DNA from: an uncultured Chlamydiales bacterium
GTDB taxonomy: Bacteria; Chlamydiota; Chlamydiia; Chlamydiales; Rhabdochlamydiaceae
Length of the DNA: 64,000 nucleotides
Assembly (NCBI GenBank): GCA_963700985.1
Contig: OY969554.1
Location: forward strand, 1,600,001 to 1,664,000
Direction: 5' to 3'
Of this stretch, positions 1 to 7,752 are shown piece by piece; within the stretch, counting starts at the first letter, position 1; every line of letters begins with the position of its first letter. Made by a program: the position numbers and the translations under genes. The notes below the pieces were generated by a model. The model did not search any database, was not told the origin of the DNA, and saw only the letters and a program-made list of their open reading frames with translations.

Positions 1-1
1 G

Positions 2-688
2 TCGAGATGGATCATTATTTCAAGCGTGATTTTTGTGCTTTCTTATCGAGTTTTTTCCAATAAGGGAAAGGTCTCTTTATGGAAAATGGGCGTCGGCTGC
101 GCAGGCCTTTTAATGATTGCAATTTTCCTTGCTGGATTGCGGGGAACCATGGGTGGTCCGCTCGAGCTGCTAGCAAATTTTTGGTATGAATTTTTTTACA
201 GCAGTCACTTTTCCGATAATCGCGATTTTGCCTGGCTGCTCTCTTATTGGGATGGGGAACTGCTTTACGGAAAAACCTACCTAGCCGCGTTTCTCTCTTT
301 TCTTCCTCGCTTCGCCTCCGCATTTCGCAGCAGCTGGAGTTATGGAGCCTATACCGCGGACTTAGCCCAACTCGATACGACATTACATGCCGGGCTACGT
401 TCGGGGCCTTTCGGAGAGATGTACTTTAATTTTGGATGCCTGGGCGTAATTCTAATCGGCTTGCTAGCTGGCTATACCCTGCGCGTGGCCGATGTTCGCC
501 TGAAAGAGGCAATCACGAAAGAGGACAATGTCATCAAGGGGTATGCCTGTACTTTCGCCTATTTTTTAGTCTCGAACCTCTTAAATTCAGCCGGTTTCTG
601 GCTTTTCTACTTCTTCATATTTGTAAATATAGTTCTATATTTACTTAGACGACAAAAAATTTACTCTAATAAAGCCGCCTCAATTTGA
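2..688 (+). CDS. O-antigen/polysaccharide polymerase (Wzy)-like multi-pass membrane protein, 5' end outside window
   Basis: Frame is open from position 2. Several hydrophobic helices and a loop (RDFAWLLSYWDGELLYGKTY...GPFGEMYFNFG) typical of Wzy C-terminal halves. Confidence 0.6.
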   Translation, partial: SRWIIISSVIFVLSYRVFSNKGKVSLWKMGVGCAGLLMIAIFLAGLRGTMGGPLELLANFWYEFFYSSHFSDNRDFAWLLSYWDGELLYGKTYLAAFLSFLPRFASAFRSSWSYGAYTADLAQLDTTLHAGLRSGPFGEMYFNFGCLGVILIGLLAGYTLRVADVRLKEAITKEDNVIKGYACTFAYFLVSNLLNSAGFWLFYFFIFVNIVLYLLRRQKIYSNKAASI

Positions 689-731
689 TTTTGAGGCAAT
701 AAACTAGAATTCTCGTTATTATTCTCTTCCT

Positions 732-1703
732 ATGAACCTTCTGCCTAAAGATATTAATGGATCTCCTTTTCTGCTTCTTGCTCCAATGGAGGGGGTGGGT
801 GATCGCTGCTTTCGTAAAGCCATGGCCTCAATTGGCGGATTCGACGAAGCTGTAAGAGATTTTCTGCGTGTTCCAAAAAATGCACACGTCAAAAGCCTCG
901 CTTTGGCCTATCAAGCTGACGAACTCGCCCCGACCCCACTCGTATGTCAACTGATGGGTTCCGATCCTGAATTAATGGCTGCAATGGCCCAAGAAATAGA
1001 AAATAGAGGCGCTCCGCGAATCGATTTCAATTGCGGATGTCCTTCCAACACGGTAACTGGTCGTGGTGCCGGTTCGAGTCTTTTAAAAGAACCAAATTTT
1101 CTCTATCAGAATGCCAAGGCGCTCGTCGAAGCTGTTTCCATTCCAGTCACATTAAAAATGCGCTCGGGCTATGAAGACATCTCGCTTTTTAAAGAAAATC
1201 TGTTTGCCGCCCAAGAAAGTGGAGTGCGCTATATCACACTGCATCCACGCACGAAAGTGGATGGCTATGGTCCTCCGGCTAGATGGGATCTCATCGCTGA
1301 AGCCAAAGCCCTCCTAAAAATTCCCGTGGTTGGCAATGGCGATATCCTCAATGTAGCAGACGCTCTTGAAATGTTAAAAACCACACACTGTGATGCACTC
1401 ATGATCGGCAGAGGAAGCATCATCAACCCCTTTATCTTCCATCAGATTCGCGCGCACTTTTCGGGCGTGCCCTATCAGCCTGAATGGCTAGATCTTCTGC
1501 GTTATTTTGATGTTTACCGCGCAGAAATTGCCGAAGAGATGTCAAAAAAAGTGAAGATAAATAAGCTCAAACAGCTGCTCAGCTTTATTTTTAAAGGCAA
1601 CGCAGAGCTGCTTAACCGACGCCAAACCATTCTCACCTTTCAGCCCGATGATGCCGATTCTTTCATGCAATTCGCTTTGCCTCTCCTAAAAGAAGGCTGG
1701 TAA
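732..1703 (+). CDS. dus: tRNA-dihydrouridine synthase family protein
   Basis: LAPMEG, QLMGSDP, IDFNCGCP, GAGSSLL, TLHPRT, GNGDI and MIGRG motifs. Confidence 0.92.
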   Translation: MNLLPKDINGSPFLLLAPMEGVGDRCFRKAMASIGGFDEAVRDFLRVPKNAHVKSLALAYQADELAPTPLVCQLMGSDPELMAAMAQEIENRGAPRIDFNCGCPSNTVTGRGAGSSLLKEPNFLYQNAKALVEAVSIPVTLKMRSGYEDISLFKENLFAAQESGVRYITLHPRTKVDGYGPPARWDLIAEAKALLKIPVVGNGDILNVADALEMLKTTHCDALMIGRGSIINPFIFHQIRAHFSGVPYQPEWLDLLRYFDVYRAEIAEEMSKKVKINKLKQLLSFIFKGNAELLNRRQTILTFQPDDADSFMQFALPLLKEGW

Positions 1704-1755
1704 GAAATAAATTTACCTTGCAGAATTGCAATAGCATCTCTAATATGCAGGGTAT

Positions 1756-2991
1756 ATGAGATATTTACCCAGGCACCTTGAGAAGCAAATTCTCGAGTCA
1801 GCAAAGCATTTTAAAGCCATACTTCTTCTTGGCGCCAGACAGGCAGGAAAAAGTACGCTTCTTTCACATCTTTTCCCTAACATGAAGGCTATTGTTTTTG
1901 ATCCTATTCAAGACCTCTATAAAGCTAGACAAGACCCAGATCTTTTTCTTAGTTCCTTTCCCTCTCCTCTCATTTTGGACGAGGTACAGTATGTTCCTGA
2001 GCTACTCGCGGCGCTCAAGAGAAAAATGGATCAAAATGAAGCAAAGGGACAATACTTTCTTACAGGCTCTCAAAACTTCAGTATGTTACGAACAATTGCC
2101 GAGAGCATGGCTGGCCGTGTCGCCATTTTCCATCTAGATAATTTCACCCCCCAAGAGATGTTAGGGAGGGGAAGCGAAGAAGGATGGGTCTCATATTATT
2201 TAGAAGATCCCGAAGGTTTTTACAAACGCAGACAATTTCTTCCCCCTACATTCCCTTCTCTAGTTGAGTTTCTATTTAGAGGGACTTTTCCTGCAACGCT
2301 CGATCTTCCAATGACGCAAATGCCTCTCTACTTTCGCTCCTATTTGCAAACCTATGTCGATCGCGATGTGCGTCTGCAGGAAGATATCCGTCAGCTCGCA
2401 GAATTCGATCGGTTTTTAGGCATCATCGCTTCACTAACTGCACAGGAAATAAGTCCTACTCATCTAGGTCGAGAGATCGGAATTTCCCCACATACGGCAC
2501 GCCGTTGGCTAGATCTCCTCTCGTTTACTTATCAATGGTTTGAGTTACTTCCCTATCACGGAAACACCATCAAGCGCATCAGCGGAAAGAAAAAAGGATA
2601 CTTTAAAGATACCGGTTTTGCTTGTTATCTCCAAAAAGTTGATTCGGCTGATGGATTAGCAGTTAGTCCGAAATTAGGCGCAGTTTTTGAAACATGGGCG
2701 ATCAACTGCATCCATCAACAATTTGCGATGCTCCCCGTCCCCCCAAATAGTTACCATTGGCGGACTGCTAGTGGGGCAGAAGTCGATCTTATTTTAGAGA
2801 GAAATGGAAAACTCTATCCAATCGAAATGAAATGTAAGACCAATCTGACTAAAGGCGATCTGTCTGGATTAAAAGCCTTTCGTGAGACCTATTCGAAAAT
2901 GGAAGTGATGCCAGGCCTTGTCATCTACGCAGGCTCAGAAATTTTCAAGCTTGACGAACATACACATGCGATCCCTTGGAGCCTTCTCTAA
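1756..2991 (+). CDS. AAA+ ATPase with DUF4143/PD-(D/E)xK-like C-terminus
   Basis: Walker A GARQAGKS, Walker B LILDEVQ, LTGSQ, ESMAGR; C-terminal WRTASGAEVDL...PIEMK. Confidence 0.88.
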   Translation: MRYLPRHLEKQILESAKHFKAILLLGARQAGKSTLLSHLFPNMKAIVFDPIQDLYKARQDPDLFLSSFPSPLILDEVQYVPELLAALKRKMDQNEAKGQYFLTGSQNFSMLRTIAESMAGRVAIFHLDNFTPQEMLGRGSEEGWVSYYLEDPEGFYKRRQFLPPTFPSLVEFLFRGTFPATLDLPMTQMPLYFRSYLQTYVDRDVRLQEDIRQLAEFDRFLGIIASLTAQEISPTHLGREIGISPHTARRWLDLLSFTYQWFELLPYHGNTIKRISGKKKGYFKDTGFACYLQKVDSADGLAVSPKLGAVFETWAINCIHQQFAMLPVPPNSYHWRTASGAEVDLILERNGKLYPIEMKCKTNLTKGDLSGLKAFRETYSKMEVMPGLVIYAGSEIFKLDEHTHAIPWSLL

Positions 2992-3076
2992 GAAGATGTC
3001 CACCGAAAGAGGGGTGGCACTAAATCACAAAAGATTCGAAAATTGATCGAAACATTTTTGTAGGGTTAGGTTTCGC

Positions 3077-4474
3077 ATGCCTTATTTTCTCATTCTTTTA
3101 TTGCTCCTGACACTTCAATCACCGACTGAGCTCTCAGCAAAAAATAAAAAGAGTCGAAAGGCTAAGCCGGCACAAACGCAGATTTCAAGTGGCCCATCAG
3201 TTCAGAGTGAAATAACTCTGGAAAACTATCTAGAGCGAGAGACGCTGCTCAGCTTTCTCAACAAGGAGCTGTTTTTAGATAAGCTGCAAAAACAGCCTCC
3301 TCTTTGGATGAGAGAGCAGATCAGAGAAGATTTTAAAGAGTTTGACGGGATTTCTAAAAACCAGGTAGATGCAACTTTTGACGCGATTAGAAAAAATTAT
3401 CCGACTTTTTATATCGTTCGCTATCGCATTTTCAATAATCAACTCTATCGATATTTTCCCAAAGACGAACAGTTATCTTTTCACTCTGAATTTGAGCCCT
3501 CCTCTGATTTTCCCAAGGAAGAGCTAATCTCTTTAGATGACAATCACACCGAAAAGGCCTTAAAAACCTTGCTTCATTTGCTCTCTTTTAAAGACATGGA
3601 TTTTATCCTTAGTTACAAAGATGGCATGCCCGAACAAGCGATGCCAAAAGGTTTTTATTTTACCCCTGATAAGCATCTTCAAGCCCCTATTCTTTGCCCA
3701 GCCAAATTAAAAGGAACTCCTTATGCCGCATTGATTCCGGATTGGCGCTCTCTTGGAGATTGGTGGGCTTTAGATATTAAAAGTGTTTTGTCCTCTATGG
3801 GAAAAACTCCGTGGGAGAAGAAAAAAAATATCGCTTTTTGGCGCGGAAGTTTAACTCGGTTTCGCCGGCTTAATTTTTGTGAGCTCACCAATGTTTATCC
3901 ACGCTATATCGACGCTAAATTAAATCTAAAAATCGAAGGAAACGCACCCCTTCAAGCCTACATTGAAAAACAGGGTCTATATAGCCCCAAAGTTTCTTGG
4001 GAAGAATTTTTGGGATATAAATATCTGCCAAATTTAGATGGAGTTATGTGCGCCGCATCTGCATTTTTATGGCGCCTTCTTTCTGATTCAGTCATCTTGA
4101 AGCAAGAATCTAACGAGATTCAATGGTTTTATGGGGCACTAGAACCCTATGTGCACTACGTGCCGATCAAAAATGACTTTAGCAACATCATTGAGCAGAT
4201 TCATTGGGCAGAACAAAATGACTCGATTTGCAAAGAGATCGCCGAACGTTCAACTCAGTTTGCTTTGGAAAATCTGATGTTCGAAGATGTCTATCTCTAT
4301 TTTTATCTCGTCTTGAAGCACTATTCATACCTGCAAACTCTCAATAGAGAAGAGATCGCAAAAGAGCTAAACGAAGATCCTAGATGGGTGAATATTCAAC
4401 AGCGAGAAGCATTGAAACAGCAGGTAAACAGCAGTAAGTTGTTCGGATATACCAATAGACGCACTCCCTATTAA
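3077..4474 (+). CDS. Glycosyltransferase family 90 (CAP10/POGLUT-like) with signal peptide
   Basis: PWEKKKNIAFWRGS, YKYLPNLDG, WFYGALEPYVHYVPIK..SNIIEQIHWA; hydrophobic N-terminus ending LSA. Confidence 0.85.
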   Translation: MPYFLILLLLLTLQSPTELSAKNKKSRKAKPAQTQISSGPSVQSEITLENYLERETLLSFLNKELFLDKLQKQPPLWMREQIREDFKEFDGISKNQVDATFDAIRKNYPTFYIVRYRIFNNQLYRYFPKDEQLSFHSEFEPSSDFPKEELISLDDNHTEKALKTLLHLLSFKDMDFILSYKDGMPEQAMPKGFYFTPDKHLQAPILCPAKLKGTPYAALIPDWRSLGDWWALDIKSVLSSMGKTPWEKKKNIAFWRGSLTRFRRLNFCELTNVYPRYIDAKLNLKIEGNAPLQAYIEKQGLYSPKVSWEEFLGYKYLPNLDGVMCAASAFLWRLLSDSVILKQESNEIQWFYGALEPYVHYVPIKNDFSNIIEQIHWAEQNDSICKEIAERSTQFALENLMFEDVYLYFYLVLKHYSYLQTLNREEIAKELNEDPRWVNIQQREALKQQVNSSKLFGYTNRRTPY

Positions 4475-5358
4475 TCCTGCAGATCTCCGAACATAATTTT
4501 TCGAAGCGGTGGAAGATTAGGTTCGATCGACAGATCTTCAATGCGATTAAATTGCTGGGTCAAATCGAGAAAATAGGCGAGAGCCTCACGCTTAAGATGC
4601 ATAGCGAGATTTTGCGGTTGAAATTCTAGCCGAAGGTGACATCTTTTATTTATGCATTCCTGCATATCGCGCGTCCAGTAATGGTTGATGCGAAAATCGG
4701 TTGGATTTAGAAATTTGCGTTTATACCCCTTTTTCAGATGTGCTTCATGTACAAGGCAGTCGGCAACGGCTTGAGGTTTGTGAAGACATTTCGTTAAGGC
4801 GTGCCAAGGATGTTTGTCATCAGCTCGCATGGTAAGAGTTTCAGTTAGCAGCTTATTCTCGGGAATCTTCCACACATCCGATGTGCCGTAGATCATCCAG
4901 TTTAAAACCAAAGAGCCTGTATCTGTGCGCGCTTCTCGATTGAGAAGGGCAAATAGGGAATCTTTTCCTTGGGTCGGCACGATATATTCATCGATATCGA
5001 GCACAGCCAGCCATTGAACGTTATATTTTGTAAGTTGGATGCAATGATTGAAGGCTTTGATTTGATAGGCGTCAAAAGCGTGACCGCGATGATCTTTGTG
5101 TGCAGGTATATTCGGCCAAGGGATGACCTCTACGAGTCCCGCTAGGATATAGGGTTTAAGAACTTCTAAGGTGTTGTCTGTGCTTTCGTTTTCATAGAGA
5201 TAGAAATGCTCAACCCCAAGAAGCCTATGGTACTCAATCCATTCGCGCACCCAAGGGGCCTCATTTTTAAACATGGTGCATATCGCCAGTTTATATGAGG
5301 CACAAAAGAGTTGACCCTGAAAGATCAATACCAGGATTGAGGCTAGAAAAAACCGCAA
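4471..5358 (-). CDS. Glycosyltransferase family 92/GT-A-like protein with signal peptide (TTG start)
   Basis: LAICTMFKNEAPWVREWIEYHRLLGVEHFYLYEN, WLAVLDIDEY (DxD), INHYWTR. Confidence 0.82.
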   Translation of the reverse strand: MRFFLASILVLIFQGQLFCASYKLAICTMFKNEAPWVREWIEYHRLLGVEHFYLYENESTDNTLEVLKPYILAGLVEVIPWPNIPAHKDHRGHAFDAYQIKAFNHCIQLTKYNVQWLAVLDIDEYIVPTQGKDSLFALLNREARTDTGSLVLNWMIYGTSDVWKIPENKLLTETLTMRADDKHPWHALTKCLHKPQAVADCLVHEAHLKKGYKRKFLNPTDFRINHYWTRDMQECINKRCHLRLEFQPQNLAMHLKREALAYFLDLTQQFNRIEDLSIEPNLPPLRKIMFGDLQD

Positions 5359-5360
5359 GA

Positions 5361-6050
5361 TTACCAGCTTGTTCTGTCTTCTTTACCGTAGAAATTTACT
5401 CGATAGAAGGAGGGTCTGAGAACTTTATATGTGTAGCCTGGTTTTAAATAATCCTCGTGGTCCAAACCATTTTTGATCGCTTCTGGTTTGTGGATGCATT
5501 TTGTAAAAGCATTGCTGGGATGCTTGTTACCTGCAACCTGCTGGTCGTTTGGTATCTCAGCCACATCGTTATCAAAGATCACACGATATAAGGCCACAGT
5601 GCCGGTTCTTTTACGCGATTCGCGATCTAATAAAGAGATTAGGGAGTCACGGTGTTGAGTTGGAAAGATGTATTCATGGATGTCGAGGATTGCCAGCCAT
5701 TCAACGATCCCATTGCAGCGATGGATGCAGTTGTTGAAAGCTTTCATTTGATAAGTATCGAAGCGATTATCTCTCAGAGCAACGTGATCGGGCAGAGTTG
5801 CCCAAGGAATAACCTCAACAATTCCTTTTTCCACGTAAGGCTTAAGAACCTCTAGCGTGTTATCTGTGCTTCCATCTTCGTAGAGGTAAAAATGCTCAAC
5901 ACCTAACTGGCGATGGTATTCGATCCAATCGCTAACCCAGGGAGCCTCATTTTTAATGAGCGTGCAGATGGCCATTTTGTAAGGTGTGCAAAAAAGACCG
6001 GTTTGAAAGATGAAGAGCAGAAGAGAAGTGAATAAGGATTTTAAAAGCAT
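5361..6050 (-). CDS. GT92-like paralogue, shortened, with altered DxD motif
   Basis: Aligns by eye with 4471..5358 (KNEAPWV.WIEYHR.LGVEHFYLYE). Has DIHEY instead of DIDEY and a shorter C-terminus. Confidence 0.75.
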   Translation of the reverse strand: MLLKSLFTSLLLFIFQTGLFCTPYKMAICTLIKNEAPWVSDWIEYHRQLGVEHFYLYEDGSTDNTLEVLKPYVEKGIVEVIPWATLPDHVALRDNRFDTYQMKAFNNCIHRCNGIVEWLAILDIHEYIFPTQHRDSLISLLDRESRKRTGTVALYRVIFDNDVAEIPNDQQVAGNKHPSNAFTKCIHKPEAIKNGLDHEDYLKPGYTYKVLRPSFYRVNFYGKEDRTSW

Positions 6051-6208
6051 ATCATTATGTCTGTTGTAAAAGTGAAGATTGGTTAGTAGTTCATAATTTT
6101 TAGTGCTCTATCATACCGATGAGGCTAATTATTTGGATCAACAGATTGCTGACATCTACTCGTAACTGGATTGGGATGTTTTCCCGAGCGAAAGCTAAGA
6201 AATTCTGT

Positions 6209-7078
6209 TCATTCACTCAAAATAAAGCCAACTTCACGCAGGGAGCTTAGATTTTGCAGTACAAATTTTGGATAAGAATCGTCGATGGCAACGAGATTGC
6301 AATCTTGACTCAGCAAGGTTTTCAAGGCGTGGAAATTTTTATATTCGGGTTTGTTGAGCTCAGCATGAGAAAATGACTCAAGCTTTAGGATTAATCTGTC
6401 GATGCCGCCCATCCATGAAAAATGCCAGCCTGAGTTTTTAATAATAGGGAGGAAAGGGCTTTTTTTCCCGAGACGAATAGGCGTTGTGCGGCTATCCCTT
6501 AGAAATTGAGGCGATTTCTGTTTTAGAAAACCATATGTCGTGGCGCTGCTTCCAATCCAAGGTGCTCTCTCTTGTACGTTTAAGAAAAAACGATAAAAAG
6601 TTTGCTCGCAATGCACGTAGGGATATTTTTTTGCGCTTAAGCACTCCACAATTGTGTCTACTGAACTTGCGCGAATGATCTCATCCAAATCGGAGATCAT
6701 AATTATATCATTATTCTTACAGCCGACAAGCGCTCTCATGATCTGATTGCGCTGAAAACTTTCATTTGCCCAGGAATCTGAAACGGGGTCGTCGATGAGC
6801 ACCCAGAAGATTTTATCGGCAAATTTGGCAAAACGCTGCGCATTTTCTTTGAAATACAGAGGCTTTGGATTGCCCTGAAAGGTTTTGGTCGATTCAACGA
6901 TGACGAATTTATCTACCTTGCCATAGAGCTCATTTAATCGAACTTCGAGAAGCTCCAGTTCATTAAAAAACATGAAGCAATCATAGATCTTTGGTTTTGC
7001 GGCACTTAAGAAAGCGGATGAGAAAATGAAGCAAATTAGTAGAAAAGAGGAGAGAAGAAAATGCCTAAACTTGTTCAT
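6209..7078 (-). CDS. Glycosyltransferase family 17 (GnT-III/MGAT3-like) with signal peptide
   Basis: IYDCFMFFNELELLEVRLNEL..VDKFVIVES..TFQG.PKPL, ESFQRN, ISDLDEI, GWHFSW, KLESFSHAE. Confidence 0.88.
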   Translation of the reverse strand: MNKFRHFLLSSFLLICFIFSSAFLSAAKPKIYDCFMFFNELELLEVRLNELYGKVDKFVIVESTKTFQGNPKPLYFKENAQRFAKFADKIFWVLIDDPVSDSWANESFQRNQIMRALVGCKNNDIIMISDLDEIIRASSVDTIVECLSAKKYPYVHCEQTFYRFFLNVQERAPWIGSSATTYGFLKQKSPQFLRDSRTTPIRLGKKSPFLPIIKNSGWHFSWMGGIDRLILKLESFSHAELNKPEYKNFHALKTLLSQDCNLVAIDDSYPKFVLQNLSSLREVGFILSE

Positions 7079-7739
7079 GAAAAGCCTGTTTTCCGGGGAT
7101 GAGGATCACTTGGTAGCTATTGGCGATAATTTTCCACCCCTGACTGAGCAAGAAGTTGATCGCAAGTTTACCTTTGCCGCCTTCAGGAAGGTCGCAATCA
7201 TCGATCATCACCACGCTATTTTCAGAAAGATTGGGATAAGCAGCCAATATCTCGTTTAGATGGTGTTGCTGAGAAAGAAGTGGGTTGCTTGCATCGTAAT
7301 CAAAGCTATCTAAGTAGAGAAAGTCGATAGGCTCTTTGAAATGGTGTAAAAATGCCACCGAATCTTGATTGACTAATTGGACAAAATTTCGTGAAAGACC
7401 CAGGGCGCTTGCTGCAGTTGCGAGAGCTTGACTATCGATGTCGACAGAGTAGAGTTTGCCACCCCTTTCTCTCACGTAGTCCCCTACGATGAGAGTAAAT
7501 CCGCCATCTCCTGCAAAAAAGGTATTTCCTAAGCGTGCGGTGCCTGTTTCAACAATCGTCAGGGACTTTCTCTGCTGCATAAGTTGCAGAGCTTGAAGAA
7601 GGGTGGAATATCTTTTGTCGCTCTTTTCAATTCTACCGTTAAGAAAGTGCGCTGGAGAATTTGCCCTTTTTGGCGCAGCAGAAAGACTAGAGGTCAAAGC
7701 GCAAATGCTGCACAGACCTAAGACAAAAAAATATCGCAT
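7065..7739 (-). CDS. Class I SAM-dependent methyltransferase with signal peptide
   Basis: IVETGTAR, YSVDID, DSVAFL, IDFLYLDS, VVMIDD, GKG. Confidence 0.8.
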   Translation of the reverse strand: MRYFFVLGLCSICALTSSLSAAPKRANSPAHFLNGRIEKSDKRYSTLLQALQLMQQRKSLTIVETGTARLGNTFFAGDGGFTLIVGDYVRERGGKLYSVDIDSQALATAASALGLSRNFVQLVNQDSVAFLHHFKEPIDFLYLDSFDYDASNPLLSQQHHLNEILAAYPNLSENSVVMIDDCDLPEGGKGKLAINFLLSQGWKIIANSYQVILIPGKQAFHEQV

Positions 7740-7752
7740 GCGCGCGTTCTCG

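Noticed and set aside
1756-2991. AAA+/DUF4143 gene as a mobile or defence element
   Set aside because: Stand-alone gene with no flanking repeats or partner genes visible.
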